This document shows positions 8,926-19,891 of a DNA stretch of 64,000 bases, in pieces. Location: assembly GCF_032007265.1 (NCBI RefSeq), contig NZ_DALZMB010000008.1, positions 616-64,615 on the forward strand, given 5' to 3'. The position numbers and the translations under genes were made by a program. Below the pieces are notes generated by a model, which worked only from the letters and a program-made list of their open reading frames with translations, ran no database searches and was not told the DNA's origin. The stretch is from Paracoccus sp. (in: a-proteobacteria). GTDB taxonomy: Bacteria; Pseudomonadota; Alphaproteobacteria; Rhodobacterales; Rhodobacteraceae. Position 1 is the stretch's first letter. Every line of letters starts with the position of its first letter.

Positions 8926-10548
8926 ATGGCAATCACCTCTGCGAACCAGCTTGAACTGCTGCAGACAGCCGAAGCGGTCGCCCGCGAAAAGATGATCGAG
9001 CCCGAGCTCGTCATCGAGGCGATGGAAGACAGCCTCGCCCGGGCAGCCAAGTCGCGCTACGGCGCCGAAATGGATATTCGCGTCAAGATCGACCGCAAGA
9101 CCGGCCATGCGACCTTTACGCGCGTGCGCACCGTTGTCGAAGATGACGCGGTCGAGAACTATCAGGCTGAACTGACCGTCGAGCAGGCCAAACCCTATAT
9201 GGCCAATCCGCAAGTCGGCGACGAAATCGTGGACGAGGTTCCCCCGGTCGAGCTGGGCCGCATCGCCGCGCAATCGGCCAAGCAGGTCATTTTGCAGCGC
9301 GTGCGCGAAGCAGAACGTGATCGTCAGTACGAAGAATTCAAAGACCGCGCAGGCACGATCATCAACGGTGTCGTCAAGCGCGAGGAATACGGCAATATTA
9401 TCGTGGACGTGGGTCGTGGCGAAGCCATCCTGCGCCGCAACGAAAAGATCGGCCGTGAAAGCTATCGCCCCAACGACCGCATCCGCGCCTATGTCAAAGA
9501 TGTTCGCCGCGAAACCCGTGGCCCGCAGATCTTCCTGTCGCGTACCGATCCGCAATTCATGGCGGAACTGTTCAAGATGGAAGTTCCGGAAATCTATGAC
9601 GGCGTGATCGAGATCAAAGCCTGCGCCCGTGATCCGGGGTCGCGCGCCAAGATTGCCGTGATTTCTTACGATAACTCGATCGACCCGGTTGGCGCTTGCG
9701 TCGGCATGCGCGGCTCGCGCGTGCAGGCTGTTGTCGGCGAGCTTCAGGGCGAGAAAATCGACATCATTCCGTGGTCGGATGATCACGCGACCTTCCTGGT
9801 CAACGCGCTTCAGCCCGCCGAAGTCGCAAAAGTTGTCTTCGACGAAGAAGCCAACAAGATCGAGGTCGTGGTTCCTGACGAGCAATTGTCGCTGGCCATC
9901 GGCCGTCGCGGCCAGAACGTGCGCCTGGCCAGCCAGCTGACCGGTCTGGACATCGACATCTTGACCGAAGAAGAAGAATCCAAGCGCCGTCAGGCCGAAT
10001 TCAACGCCCGCACGCAGCTGTTCGTGAATGCGCTGGATCTGGACGAGTTCTTTGCACAGCTTTTGGTCGCCGAAGGCTTCACCAACCTGGAAGAAGTCGC
10101 TTACGTCGATCTGGACGAGCTGCTTTCGATCGAGGGCGTGGACGCTTCGACCGCAGACGAGCTGCAAACCCGTGCCCGCGAACATCTGGAAGCCGCCAAC
10201 AAGGCTGCTCTAGACAATGCCCGCGCCATGGGTGCCGAGGATAGCCTGATCAACTTCGAGGGTCTGACCCCGCAGATGGTCGAGGCTTTGGCAAAAGACG
10301 ATATCAAGACGCTGGAAGATTTCGCGACCTGCGCCGACTGGGAACTGGCCGGTGGCTGGACCTCGCAGAACGGTCAGCGCGTCAAGGATGACGGCCTGCT
10401 GGAAGGCCTTGGCGTCACATTGGAAACTGCCCAGTCCCTGATCATGACCGCCCGCGTAATGCTGGGTTGGGTCGATCCGACCGAAAACGAAGGCGCGATC
10501 GATGATGAAGAGACTGATGGCGACAACGAAGAGGAGGCCGGGGTGTAA
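8926..10548 (+). CDS. nusA: Transcription termination/antitermination factor NusA
   Basis: S1 and KH domains ([30 protein letters not shown]), C-terminal HhH repeats and an acidic tail. Confidence 0.97.
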   Translation: MAITSANQLELLQTAEAVAREKMIEPELVIEAMEDSLARAAKSRYGAEMDIRVKIDRKTGHATFTRVRTVVEDDAVENYQAELTVEQAKPYMANPQVGDEIVDEVPPVELGRIAAQSAKQVILQRVREAERDRQYEEFKDRAGTIINGVVKREEYGNIIVDVGRGEAILRRNEKIGRESYRPNDRIRAYVKDVRRETRGPQIFLSRTDPQFMAELFKMEVPEIYDGVIEIKACARDPGSRAKIAVISYDNSIDPVGACVGMRGSRVQAVVGELQGEKIDIIPWSDDHATFLVNALQPAEVAKVVFDEEANKIEVVVPDEQLSLAIGRRGQNVRLASQLTGLDIDILTEEEESKRRQAEFNARTQLFVNALDLDEFFAQLLVAEGFTNLEEVAYVDLDELLSIEGVDASTADELQTRAREHLEAANKAALDNARAMGAEDSLINFEGLTPQMVEALAKDDIKTLEDFATCADWELAGGWTSQNGQRVKDDGLLEGLGVTLETAQSLIMTARVMLGWVDPTENEGAIDDEETDGDNEEEAGV

Positions 10549-10563
10549 CGCCCCGGGAACTGC

Positions 10564-11181
10564 ATGACACGCGGGGGCCAAACCAAGGACCGCGAGACGC
10601 CCGAACGGCGCTGCATCGTCACCGGAGAGGTGCAGCCCAAAACTGGGCTGATCCGCTTCGTGGCAAGCCCTGACGGGGACGTAGTACCAGATCTCGCAGA
10701 AAAATTGCCCGGCCGGGGCTTCTGGGTCACGGCCGATCGTACTATATTGACCAGAGCGATGGCCAAGGGACTGTTCTCGCGTGGCGCGAAAGCCCCCGTC
10801 ACCGCTCCCGACGACCTTCTTGATCTTATCGAGGCCGGACTTGCACGACGTGTCGTCGAGCTGATCTCGCTAAGCAGAAAGACAGGCAATGCGGTCGCCG
10901 GATTTGAGAAGGTGAAGGGCTGGCTGGCGCTTGGTAAGGCGAAAGTCTTGCTTCAAGCATCAGACGGATCGGATCGCGGAAAGGGCAAGCTATGGACACC
11001 GGAAGGTGGTCGATGGTTTGGCTGTATGACCGCGTCAGAATTGGGTTTGTCCTTTGGGCGTGATCATGTCATACACAGCGCGCTTGCGCCTGGGGGCCTG
11101 ACCCGCAACGTGATCAGGGACGCGAGCAGACTGCAAGGTCTGCGGGGGCATGACGGCGGGACACCTGCCGGGAAGGAATGA
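10564..11181 (+). CDS. YlxR/DUF448 RNA-binding protein with C-terminal L7Ae-like region
   Basis: ERRCIVTGE motif of the YlxR family. Conserved position between nusA and infB. Its stop overlaps a possible infB ATG. Confidence 0.85.
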   Translation: MTRGGQTKDRETPERRCIVTGEVQPKTGLIRFVASPDGDVVPDLAEKLPGRGFWVTADRTILTRAMAKGLFSRGAKAPVTAPDDLLDLIEAGLARRVVELISLSRKTGNAVAGFEKVKGWLALGKAKVLLQASDGSDRGKGKLWTPEGGRWFGCMTASELGLSFGRDHVIHSALAPGGLTRNVIRDASRLQGLRGHDGGTPAGKE

Positions 11182-11189
11182 AAATCGGA

Positions 11190-13733
11190 ATGAGCGATAC
11201 TGACGGAAAAAAACCCCTTGGCGTTGGTGGTGGTGCGGGCCGTTCGGGCCACGTGAAGCAAAGCTTCAGCCACGGTCGGACCCATAATGTGGTTGTTGAA
11301 ACCAAACGCAAGCGCGTTGTTGTGCCGGCTAAGCCTGGCGCAGCCTCGACGGCACGTCCGGGTTCGCCAGCGGCTCTGGCCAGCGACCCCTCCAAGCGTC
11401 CCGCAGGCATCTCCGAAGCCGAAATGGAGCGCCGCCTGAAGGCTCTTGCCGCTGCAAAAGCGCGCGAGGCCTCTGAGGCTGAAGCCCGTGTGGCCGAGGA
11501 AAAAGCTCGCGAAGAAGAGCGTGAGCGCCGCCGCGCCGAGCTGGAAGCCAAAGAACGCGAAGAGCGTGAGCGCGTTGAAGCGCTGCGCCTGAAAGAAGAA
11601 GAAGACGCCCGCCGCGCCCGCGAGGCCGAGCTGCGTGCCCAAAAGCGTGAGGAAACCCGCGCGAAACCGGCCGAAGCCCGTCCCGTGACCCCGGCTGACC
11701 GCGCTGCTGCAGAAATCGCCGCTGCGCGCGCCGAGACCAAAGGTGTGTCCACCGTTGGTCCGCGCGCCAAGACCGAGCGTGAGCGCACCCAAGACGATCG
11801 CGACAGCCGCAACAAGGCGCGCGATGACAACCGTCGCACCACTGGCAAGCTGTCGCTGACCCAGGCTTTGGGTGACGGCGAAGGTGGCCGCCAGCGCTCG
11901 CTTGCTGCGATGAAGCGCAAGCAAGAAAAGGCACGTCAAAAGGCCATGGGCGGTGCGCTCAAGGCTGAAAAACAGGTCCGCGACGTTCAGTTGCCGGAAA
12001 CCATCGTGATCTCGGAACTTGCAAACCGCATGGCCGAGCGCACCCCGGATGTCATCAAATCCTTGATGCGCATGGGTCTGATGGTCACGGCCAACCAGTC
12101 GATCGATGCTGATACCGCCGAGCTGGTGATCGAGGAATTCGGCCACAAGACGATCCGCGTGTCGGATTCGGATGTGGAACAAGTCATCGACACGGTCGAG
12201 GATAAAGCCGAAGACCTGCAGTCGCGTCCCCCGGTCATCACGATCATGGGCCACGTCGACCACGGAAAAACCTCGCTTTTGGACGCGATTCGCAATGCGA
12301 ATGTCGTTTCGGGCGAAGCGGGCGGCATTACCCAGCACATCGGGGCCTATCAGGTCAAAGCCAAGAATGGCTCGATCCTGACCTTCCTCGACACCCCCGG
12401 CCACGCGGCCTTCACCTCGATGCGGGCCCGTGGCGCGCAGGTGACGGATATCGTGGTTCTGGTGGTTGCGGCTGATGACGCCGTGATGCCGCAGACGGTC
12501 GAAGCGATCAACCACGCTAAAGCGGCAAAAGTGCCGATGATCGTGGCGATCAACAAAGTCGATAAACCGGCTGCGAATCCGCAGAAGGTCCGCACCGATC
12601 TGCTGCAGCACGAAGTCGTTGTCGAAGCGATGTCAGGCGATGTGCAGGATGTCGAGATTTCGGCGAAAACCGGTCAGGGCCTGGATCAACTTCTTGAAGC
12701 AATCGCGCTTCAGGCAGAGATCCTCGAGCTGAAATCGAACCCCAACCGCGCCGCATTGGGCGCTGTGATCGAGGCTCAGCTTGACGTTGGCCGTGGTCCG
12801 GTTGCGACGGTTCTGGTTCAGAACGGCACGCTTAAGCGCGGCGATATCTTCGTCGTCGGCGAGCAGTGGGGCAAGGTCCGCGCGCTGATCAACGACAAAG
12901 GCGAGCGCATTGAAGAAGCTGGCCCTTCGGTTCCGGTCGAGGTTCTGGGTCTGAACGGCACGCCGGAAGCCGGCGATGTTCTGAACGTCGTCGAGACCGA
13001 GGCACAGGCACGCGAGATCGCGGATTACCGCATCCAGCAGTCCAAAGACAAACGTGCTGCGGCTGGTGCTGCAACCACGCTGGAACAGCTGATGGCGAAA
13101 GCCAAGGCCGACCAAAGCGTCTCGGAACTGCCGGTGATCATGAAGGCCGACGTGCAGGGTTCTGCCGAAGCCATCGTGCAGGCGCTGGAAAAAATCGGCA
13201 ACGACGAAGTCCGCGTGCGCGTTCTGCACTCGGGTGTCGGTGCGATTACCGAAAGCGATATTGGTCTGGCCGAAGCTTCGGGCGCACCTGTCATTGGCTT
13301 CAACGTCCGTGCGAACGCCCCTGCCCGTGCAGCGGCGAACCAAAAAGGCGTCGAGATCCGCTATTACTCGATCATCTACGATCTGGTCGATGATATCAAA
13401 GCGGCGGCCTCGGGCCTGCTGTCGGCCGAAGTGCGCGAGCATTTCATCGGCTATGCATCGATCAAAGAGGTCTTCAAGGTCTCGGGGATCGGCAAGGTCG
13501 CAGGCTGTCTGGTTACCGAAGGTGTCGCCCGCCGTTCGGCTGGTGTGCGTCTGCTGCGTGACAACGTGGTTATCCACGAAGGCACGCTTAAGACCCTCAA
13601 GCGCTTCAAGGATGAAGTCAAAGAGGTCCAGTCGGGTCAGGAATGCGGTATGGCCTTCGAGAACTACGACGACATTCGCGCAGGCGATGTCATCGAGATC
13701 TTCGAGCGCGAAGAGGTCCAGCGCAAGCTGTGA
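11190..13733 (+). CDS. infB: Translation initiation factor IF-2
   Basis: G domain [12 protein letters not shown] / DTPGH / NKVD, with a charged Arg/Glu-rich N-terminal region. Start placed at [11 protein letters not shown] (ATG 11190). An upstream in-frame ATG at 11178 overlaps the ylxR stop (ATGA). Confidence 0.96.
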   Translation: MSDTDGKKPLGVGGGAGRSGHVKQSFSHGRTHNVVVETKRKRVVVPAKPGAASTARPGSPAALASDPSKRPAGISEAEMERRLKALAAAKAREASEAEARVAEEKAREEERERRRAELEAKEREERERVEALRLKEEEDARRAREAELRAQKREETRAKPAEARPVTPADRAAAEIAAARAETKGVSTVGPRAKTERERTQDDRDSRNKARDDNRRTTGKLSLTQALGDGEGGRQRSLAAMKRKQEKARQKAMGGALKAEKQVRDVQLPETIVISELANRMAERTPDVIKSLMRMGLMVTANQSIDADTAELVIEEFGHKTIRVSDSDVEQVIDTVEDKAEDLQSRPPVITIMGHVDHGKTSLLDAIRNANVVSGEAGGITQHIGAYQVKAKNGSILTFLDTPGHAAFTSMRARGAQVTDIVVLVVAADDAVMPQTVEAINHAKAAKVPMIVAINKVDKPAANPQKVRTDLLQHEVVVEAMSGDVQDVEISAKTGQGLDQLLEAIALQAEILELKSNPNRAALGAVIEAQLDVGRGPVATVLVQNGTLKRGDIFVVGEQWGKVRALINDKGERIEEAGPSVPVEVLGLNGTPEAGDVLNVVETEAQAREIADYRIQQSKDKRAAAGAATTLEQLMAKAKADQSVSELPVIMKADVQGSAEAIVQALEKIGNDEVRVRVLHSGVGAITESDIGLAEASGAPVIGFNVRANAPARAAANQKGVEIRYYSIIYDLVDDIKAAASGLLSAEVREHFIGYASIKEVFKVSGIGKVAGCLVTEGVARRSAGVRLLRDNVVIHEGTLKTLKRFKDEVKEVQSGQECGMAFENYDDIRAGDVIEIFEREEVQRKL

Positions 13734-13752
13734 TCCCCAAGTCGCAAGACAC

Positions 13753-13782
13753 AAAAAGGGCGCCCTTGTGGCGCCCTTTTTC
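13753..13782 (+). terminator. Rho-independent terminator after infB
   Basis: Hairpin AAGGGCGCC-CTTGT-GGCGCCCTT followed by a T-run, about 20 nt after the infB stop. Confidence 0.8.
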
Positions 13783-13946
13783 ATATACGGTCTATTGAGA
13801 CGGCCTTTGCCCGGATGACATCCCATGGGCATTTCCCTTGGCGACGTCCACCCCATCGCTGCCTGATCGCGCAAATGGGCAAAAGAAAAGGGACGCAGCC
13901 TCCCGCCGCGTCCCTTTCGGTTTCATTGGACCGTATCGATCAAGTC

Positions 13947-14078
13947 TTAGACGACTGGCTTGCCAACATAGGTGTTGTTGCCGACCCGAACGACGATATT
14001 TCCATTGGAAACCTGACGCTCGAAGATGCCCTGGACTGAAATACAGCTGCCGATGGTTATCGTGCGAATCATGCCCAT
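13947..14078 (-). CDS. Small hypothetical protein (43 aa), below the ORF-track cutoff
   Basis: My own translation: MGMIRTITIGSCISVQGIFERQVSNGNIVVRVGNNTYVGKPVV. A strong SD GAGGAGAGGAG lies immediately upstream of ATG 14078 (second ATG at 14072). By my count 29 of 43 third codon positions are G or C. It sits in a relatively AT-rich intergenic island. Confidence 0.4.
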   Translation of the reverse strand: MGMIRTITIGSCISVQGIFERQVSNGNIVVRVGNNTYVGKPVV

Positions 14079-14110
14079 TCTCCTCTCCTCTGATGTCTTA
14101 ATTTCGACAT

Positions 14111-14147
14111 AAAAAAATCAGGAAGTTAATAATGTTTCGTTAACTTC
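14111..14147 (-). terminator. Putative terminator of the argJ-mutT unit (AT-rich hairpin plus T7)
   Basis: Perfect 8-bp inverted repeat GAAGTTAA (14122-14129) / TTAACTTC (14140-14147) with a 10-nt loop. On the minus strand it is followed after 4 nt by T7 (plus-strand A7 at 14111-14117). It lies 48 nt downstream of the mutT stop. Confidence 0.45.
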
Positions 14148-14194
14148 TGCTGAGGGGTCAGATTAATTCCTCGGGATCGAGGGGGCGTGTGGCA

Positions 14195-14593
14195 CTAAAG
14201 CAACTCTCTTAGCACAGGAATCAGCGGAAGATCGGCCGGTGGCATAGGATAGCTGCTCAGGTCCTGAGCGCGCACCCAAGCCAGCTTTTGCCCCTCTTGC
14301 GGCTGCGGGATACCGTTCCAGCGCCGACAGGCGTAAAGCGGCATCAGCAGGTGAAAATCGTCATAGCTATGGCTGGCAAAAGACAAGGGCGCCAGGCAGG
14401 ACGCCCAGGTATCGATGCCCAATTCCTCTTGCAGCTCGCGGATCAACGCCTGTTCGGGCGTCTCACCGGGATCGACTTTACCGCCCGGAAACTCCCAAAG
14501 ACCGGCGAGGGATTTCCCCTCGGGTCTTTGGGCCAAGAGAATGCGGCCGTCAGCATCAATCAGCGCCACGGCCGCCACCAGCAAGATTTTCAC
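14195..14593 (-). CDS. mutT: 8-oxo-dGTP diphosphatase-like NUDIX hydrolase
   Basis: Nudix box GLWEFPGGKVDPGETPEQALIRELQEELG. 4-nt overlap with the argJ stop. Confidence 0.85.
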   Translation of the reverse strand: MKILLVAAVALIDADGRILLAQRPEGKSLAGLWEFPGGKVDPGETPEQALIRELQEELGIDTWASCLAPLSFASHSYDDFHLLMPLYACRRWNGIPQPQEGQKLAWVRAQDLSSYPMPPADLPLIPVLRELL

Positions 14594-16029
14594 GAGCGAT
14601 AATCCGCGTTGATGTCGATATAGCGATGGGTCAAATCGCAGGTCCAGACCGTCTTGGTGGCGCGGCCAAGCCCCAGATCCACCCCGATCACCAGCTCCGA
14701 GCGCTTCATATAGGCGCTGGCCTTGACCTCGTCGTAATCAGGCGAACGCCACCCTTTTTCCGCCAAAACCATATCGCCAAAGCGAATGGTCAGCAGATCG
14801 CGGTCCGCCTGCGCACCGGATTTGCCGACCGCCATGACCACGCGGCCCCAGTTGGCATCTTCGCCTGCGATGGCGGTTTTGACCAAGGGGGAATTGGCGA
14901 TTGCCATTGCCACGCGATGGGCATCCAGCTTGCTGGCCGCCCCCGTGACCTTGACCTCGACAAATTTCGTGGCGCCCTCGCCGTCGCGCACGACCTGCTT
15001 GGCCAGATCCTGCATCACATTGGTCAGGGCTTTGGTAAAGTCGCGCACGACCTTGCTGCGCATATCGGTCAAGGCCGCCGCGGTGGATTTCCCAGTCGCC
15101 GCCACGATCAAAGCATCAGAGGTCGAGGTATCGCTATCGACCGTGATGGCGTTGAAGGTCTGATCCAACTGGCGCGAGACGATCTTTTGCAACGCATCCG
15201 GCGCGATTTTTGCGTCGGTAAAGATATAGACCAGCATCGTTGCCATATCAGGCGCGATCATCCCCGAGCCCTTGGCGATGCCCGCGATGCGGATCGGGCC
15301 GCCCTCGCCCATGATCTCGGCCGCCGACCCCTTGGGGAAGGTGTCCGTGGTCATGATGGCCTCGGCAGCGCCGTCGATGGCCGCAGGGTCCAGATCAGCC
15401 GCCAGGGCGCCAATCGCCGCCACGATGCGATCATGTGGCAAGGGCTCGCCAATGACGCCTGTCGAGGACGAAAAGACGCGCGCTTGCGCCACGCCCAGCT
15501 GCTGTGCCACCGCAGCCGTCACCGCATCAACCGAGGCCTGACCAGCTGCGCCGGTAAACGCATTGGCATTGCCCGAGTTGACCACAATCGCGGCACCGCC
15601 CGTGGTGTCTTGCTTGCCCGCCAGCTTGGCCTGACAGTCCAGAATGCTGGCTGCGCGGGTCGAGGATTTCGTGAAAGCGCCCGCGATCGCCGTGCCCGGT
15701 GCCAACTTGACCAGCATGACATCCGTGCGACCTTTGTATTTCACCCCAGCCGCACCGGCGGCAAATTCGACCCCATCGATGACCGGAAGGTCAGGGAAGG
15801 AAACAGGTGCCAGCGGCGAGATGATCTTGGTCTTGGCGGTGGGAACCGCAGCCGAAGCCTGAGCCAAGGGCGCAGCCCCCAGTACCGACCCCGATGCCGC
15901 CCCGGGTGCCGCCACCGGTGCCGCCTCTGCAACGACCCGCGCTGCTTTCAGCTTTTTGATCTTTTTCTTAAGTGACTTCACCTTTTCGGCATCGGTCAGC
16001 TTCTTGTTCTTTTTATCATCGCTAGCCAT
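14590..16029 (-). CDS. argJ: Bifunctional ornithine acetyltransferase / N-acetylglutamate synthase, with a roughly 70-aa Lys-rich N-terminal extension
   Basis: ArgJ core from ISPLAPVSFPDLP onward, with the autoprocessing context DMATMLVYIFTDA. The only in-frame ATG is at 16029, 3 nt after the upstream gene's stop, with a GGAGAAG SD. Confidence 0.9.
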   Translation of the reverse strand: MASDDKKNKKLTDAEKVKSLKKKIKKLKAARVVAEAAPVAAPGAASGSVLGAAPLAQASAAVPTAKTKIISPLAPVSFPDLPVIDGVEFAAGAAGVKYKGRTDVMLVKLAPGTAIAGAFTKSSTRAASILDCQAKLAGKQDTTGGAAIVVNSGNANAFTGAAGQASVDAVTAAVAQQLGVAQARVFSSSTGVIGEPLPHDRIVAAIGALAADLDPAAIDGAAEAIMTTDTFPKGSAAEIMGEGGPIRIAGIAKGSGMIAPDMATMLVYIFTDAKIAPDALQKIVSRQLDQTFNAITVDSDTSTSDALIVAATGKSTAAALTDMRSKVVRDFTKALTNVMQDLAKQVVRDGEGATKFVEVKVTGAASKLDAHRVAMAIANSPLVKTAIAGEDANWGRVVMAVGKSGAQADRDLLTIRFGDMVLAEKGWRSPDYDEVKASAYMKRSELVIGVDLGLGRATKTVWTCDLTHRYIDINADYRS

Positions 16030-16032
16030 GGA

Positions 16033-16875
16033 TCACTTCTCCAGCAGGTCGGTTTTGTTCAGCAATTCGGGGCTAAGATCGGGGGTTTTCTCGATCTTGG
16101 CATCCGCTACGCTTTTTTGGATTTCAGCCTCGACGCGGTCACGGCGGACCTGAACGGCCAGCTGGTCTTTGACCTCTTCGAATTTCGGAGCCTCAAGCTG
16201 GCGCGTCTCGATCAGCTTGATGACATGCCAGCCGAACTGGGTCTCAACCGGCTTGGAAATCTCGCCCGCCTTCAGCGTTTTCACGGCCTCGGCAAAAGGC
16301 GCGACCATCTGTTCGGGCTGGAACCAGCCCAATTCGCCCTTGTTCGGACCCGAGGCCTGATCGGTGGATTTTTCTTCGGCCAGCTTGCCGAAATCCTCGC
16401 CTTTGGCCAGATCGGCCTCGATTGCCTTGGCCTCATCCTCGGTCTTCACCAGAATATGAGCGGCGTGGAATTCGGTTTTGGGGGCAGTCTCTGCGCCAAA
16501 GGCCTTTTCATACACGGCCCGCAGCTCTTCGTCGCTGGGTTCGCTCGCGGCAACTTGTTCCAAAACCGCGCCCGCCAGATAGGCGCGGCGATCCAGCTCA
16601 AGCACCGCGGTATCACGTGCGGTCAATTTATCGGCTTTTTTCTGTCCAACGGCAGTCTGGCGGATCATTTGATCCAGCATCAGATCCCAAAGCGCAACAG
16701 GCGGAAGGTTCGCAACCGCGTCCTCGCCCATGCCGTCTTTCATCGCGATCATCTGACCAAGCGTGATATCTTCGCCATTCACCTTGGCGACAACCGTATC
16801 GGCTGTGGCCTCTGCCGCCTGGGCAAATACAGGTGTTGTGGCCAGAATCGCCAGGACAAGGGCAGGTTTCAGCAT
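16033..16875 (-). CDS. Periplasmic parvulin-type peptidyl-prolyl isomerase (SurA/PpiD-like)
   Basis: PpiC domain (HAAHILVKTEDEA...GELGWF...FGWHVIKL). Trimmed to ATG 16875, which gives the signal peptide MLKPALVLAILATTPVFAQA with an AGGGGA SD. Confidence 0.85.
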   Translation of the reverse strand: MLKPALVLAILATTPVFAQAAEATADTVVAKVNGEDITLGQMIAMKDGMGEDAVANLPPVALWDLMLDQMIRQTAVGQKKADKLTARDTAVLELDRRAYLAGAVLEQVAASEPSDEELRAVYEKAFGAETAPKTEFHAAHILVKTEDEAKAIEADLAKGEDFGKLAEEKSTDQASGPNKGELGWFQPEQMVAPFAEAVKTLKAGEISKPVETQFGWHVIKLIETRQLEAPKFEEVKDQLAVQVRRDRVEAEIQKSVADAKIEKTPDLSPELLNKTDLLEK

Positions 16876-17083
16876 GGATTTCCCCTTTGCGGGACAGGCC
16901 GATCCCCGAGGGTAAAACGGCGCAAGCGTTGACAGATGGGCAGGCGAAGCATACATCCGGCTCAACCGATAATGCGCGCCCGCCGCCGTTATTCCGGTCC
17001 TTTAGATAGGGCATGGGCAATGGTTCGGGCAAGTGGCCGTTAGGGCTGTGCGCTTCCCCGATACACGAATTTTGAAGGCTCAT

Positions 17084-19789
17084 ATGCTCGGCTTCGGATC
17101 TCTGGCGAAAATGGTCTTTGGTACGCCCAATGACCGCAAGGTAAAGGCAACCCGTCCTATCGTCGCACAGATCAACGCTTTGGAACCAAAATTCCAGGCG
17201 ATGTCTGACGAGGACCTTATCGGCAAAACCCGTGAACTTCAGGGTCGCGCCCAATCTGGCGAGTCGCTGGACAAGCTTCTTCCCGAAGCTTTTGCCAACT
17301 GCCGCGAGGGCGCGCGTCGTGCGCTTGGCCTTCGTGCGTTTGACGTGCAGCTGATGGCAGGGATCTTTCTGCATCAGGGCAATATCGCCGAAATGAAGAC
17401 CGGCGAGGGCAAGACCCTGATGGCCACCTTCCCGGCCTATCTGAACGCCCTGGCAGGCAAGGGCGTGCATATCGTCACCGTCAACGACTATCTGGCCAAG
17501 CGCGATGCGGGCTGGATGAGCAAGGTCTATGGCCAGCTGGGCATGACGACAGGCGTCGTCTATCCGTTCCAGCCCGACGACGAAAAGCGCGAAGCCTATC
17601 GCGCCGACGTGACCTATGCGACCAACAACGAGCTGGGCTTTGACTACCTTCGCGACAATATGAAGGGCTCGGTCGAGCAAATGTCCCAGCGTGGGCATTT
17701 CTACGCCATCGTCGACGAGGTCGATTCGATTTTGATCGACGAGGCACGCACGCCTTTGATCATTTCGGGTCCGTCGCAGGATCGCTCGGAGCTTTACCGT
17801 GTGCTGGATAAATATATCCCCGAGCTGACGCCCGAGCATTACAAGCTGGACGAAAAGACCCGCAATGCCACCTTCACCGAAGAGGGCAACGAATATCTGG
17901 AGCAGCGCCTAACCGAGACAGGCGTTCTGCCCGCCGGTCAGACGCTTTACGATCCCGAATCCACGACGATCGTTCACCACGTCAATCAGGCCTTGCGCGC
18001 CCACACGCTGTTCCAGCGTGACCAGCATTACATCGTTCGCGATGGCGAAATCGTTCTGATCGACGAATTCACCGGCCGCATGATGTCGGGTCGCCGCCTG
18101 TCGGACGGTCTGCATCAGGCGATCGAGGCCAAAGAAGATGTCCAGATCCAGCCAGAAAACGTGACGCTGGCCTCGGTCACCTTCCAAAACTACTTCCGCC
18201 TTTATGAAAAACTGGGCGGCATGACCGGTACTGCGGCCACCGAGGCCGAAGAATTTGCCGAAATCTACAAGCTGGGCGTGGTCGAGGTTCCGACCAACCG
18301 TCCGATCCAGCGCATCGACGAACACGACCGCGTCTATCGCACCGCGAATGAAAAATATGCGGCCGTTCTTGAGACGATCAAAGAAGCACATGCCAAGGGC
18401 CAGCCGATGCTGGTCGGCACGACCTCGATCGAAAAGTCCGAAATGCTGTCCGAGATGCTGACCAAAGCCGGCATCCCCCATAATGTGCTGAACGCCCGCG
18501 AGCACGAGCGCGAGGCCTTTATCGTCGCCGAAGCCGGCAAGATGGGCGCCGTCACCATTGCCACCAACATGGCAGGTCGCGGGACCGACATTCAGCTGGG
18601 CGGCAACGTCGACATGAAGGTCATGGAGGCCCTGGCCGCCAACCCCGACGCCGAACCCGATGAGGTGCGCGCCGCCGTCGAAGCCGAGGTCGCTGCCTCG
18701 AAGAAAGAGGTCCAGGAAGCGGGCGGTCTGTTCGTTCTTGCGACCGAGCGCCACGAAAGCCGCCGGATCGACAACCAGCTGCGCGGCCGCTCGGGTCGTC
18801 AGGGCGATCCCGGTCGTTCGCTGTTCTTCCTGTCGCTTGAAGATGACCTGATGCGCATCTTCGGCTCGGAGCGTCTGGAAAAGGTTCTGTCGACGCTTGG
18901 CATGAAGGAAGGCGAGGCGATCATTCACCCTTGGGTGAATAAATCGCTGGAACGCGCCCAGGCCAAAGTCGAAGGCCGCAACTTTGATATTCGCAAGCAA
19001 TTGCTGAAATTCGACGATGTGATGAACGACCAGCGCAAGGCCATTTTTGCGCAGCGCCGCGAGATCATGGAGGCCGAAGAGGTCGCCGAGATCACTGCCG
19101 ATATGCGCGAACAGGTCATTGCCGATCTGGTCGATCAATACCTTCCGCCCAAGTCCTATGCCGAGCAGTGGGATATTCAGGGCTTGAAGGCCGCGACGGT
19201 CGAGCAGCTGAACATGGACCTGCCCATCGCCGATTGGGTTTCCGAAGATGGCGTCGATCAAGATGTCATCCGCGAGCGGATCGAAACCGCGACGGCCGAA
19301 TACATGGCCCAGAAGGTCGAGCAGTTCGGCGCCGATAATATGAACCAGATCGAAAAACAGGTCCTGCTGCAGCAGATCGACGCGAAATGGCGCGAACATC
19401 TGATCAAGCTCGAGCATCTGCGTTCGGTCGTCGGTTTCCGTGGCTATGCGCAGCGCGATCCGCTGTCGGAATATAAGACCGAAAGCTTCCAGCTTTTCGA
19501 ATCGCTGCTTGAAGGGATGCGCTCTGACGTAACCCAACAGCTTGCCCGCATCCGCCCGCTGACCGATGAGGAACGCGAGCAGATGATGCGTGAATACGCC
19601 CAGCAGCAGGCCGAGGCCCAGCAGTCGCTGCAGCCTGAACATGAGGATGCCGAGGTTGTCCCCGTTGCGGGTCGCGTGCCGGGCTTTGATGCCGAGGACA
19701 CAACGACCTGGGGCAATCCCTCGCGCAATGCCCCCTGCCCTTGCGGTTCGGGTGAAAAGTTCAAACATTGCCACGGCCGTCTGGCCTAA
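17084..19789 (+). CDS. secA: Preprotein translocase ATPase SecA
   Basis: Walker [14 protein letters not shown] box and the C-terminal zinc motif [14 protein letters not shown]. Start placed at [13 protein letters not shown] (ATG 17084). Confidence 0.97.
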   Translation: MLGFGSLAKMVFGTPNDRKVKATRPIVAQINALEPKFQAMSDEDLIGKTRELQGRAQSGESLDKLLPEAFANCREGARRALGLRAFDVQLMAGIFLHQGNIAEMKTGEGKTLMATFPAYLNALAGKGVHIVTVNDYLAKRDAGWMSKVYGQLGMTTGVVYPFQPDDEKREAYRADVTYATNNELGFDYLRDNMKGSVEQMSQRGHFYAIVDEVDSILIDEARTPLIISGPSQDRSELYRVLDKYIPELTPEHYKLDEKTRNATFTEEGNEYLEQRLTETGVLPAGQTLYDPESTTIVHHVNQALRAHTLFQRDQHYIVRDGEIVLIDEFTGRMMSGRRLSDGLHQAIEAKEDVQIQPENVTLASVTFQNYFRLYEKLGGMTGTAATEAEEFAEIYKLGVVEVPTNRPIQRIDEHDRVYRTANEKYAAVLETIKEAHAKGQPMLVGTTSIEKSEMLSEMLTKAGIPHNVLNAREHEREAFIVAEAGKMGAVTIATNMAGRGTDIQLGGNVDMKVMEALAANPDAEPDEVRAAVEAEVAASKKEVQEAGGLFVLATERHESRRIDNQLRGRSGRQGDPGRSLFFLSLEDDLMRIFGSERLEKVLSTLGMKEGEAIIHPWVNKSLERAQAKVEGRNFDIRKQLLKFDDVMNDQRKAIFAQRREIMEAEEVAEITADMREQVIADLVDQYLPPKSYAEQWDIQGLKAATVEQLNMDLPIADWVSEDGVDQDVIRERIETATAEYMAQKVEQFGADNMNQIEKQVLLQQIDAKWREHLIKLEHLRSVVGFRGYAQRDPLSEYKTESFQLFESLLEGMRSDVTQQLARIRPLTDEEREQMMREYAQQQAEAQQSLQPEHEDAEVVPVAGRVPGFDAEDTTTWGNPSRNAPCPCGSGEKFKHCHGRLA

Positions 19790-19816
19790 GCCCGCGACGG
19801 AAATGCTGATCAGACT

Positions 19817-19847
19817 CAAAAAGGCGGCCATTATGGCCGCCTTTTTC
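19817..19847. terminator. Bidirectional terminator between secA and the response regulator
   Basis: AAAAAGGCGGCCA-TTAT-GGCCGCCTTTTT, with an A-run and a T-run flanking the GC stem. It lies between convergent genes. Confidence 0.8.
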
Positions 19848-19891
19848 AATTGTTGCCCCGATTGGGGTGGTGCAAGCAAAATCTGATTTGG

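Noticed and set aside
8047-10185. 712-aa ORF antisense to rimP/nusA
   Set aside because: It is a shadow of highly conserved plus-strand genes. It has no SD, no recognisable domain, and the composition typical of antisense translation of GC3-rich codons.
11064-12611. 515-aa ORF (and nested 268- and 201-aa ORFs) antisense to infB
   Set aside because: Same reasoning: these are shadows of the IF-2 gene. The Arg/Ser/Ala-rich repeats are the reverse reading of the charged Glu/Arg/Ala N-terminal region of IF-2.
13815-14101. Plus-strand ORFs of 74 and 87 aa after the infB terminator
   Set aside because: They start downstream of a strong terminator without an SD, are Arg/Pro/Cys-rich, and overlap the better-supported minus-strand 43-aa ORF.
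14122-14147. CtrA-type TTAA-N7-TTAAC site
   Set aside because: The TTAA half-sites are separated by 10 nt, not 7. The element is better explained as a terminator hairpin followed by T7.
17909-19879. 656-aa ORF antisense to secA
   Set aside because: It is a shadow ORF of secA. It runs across the secA terminator hairpin and has no independent translation signals.
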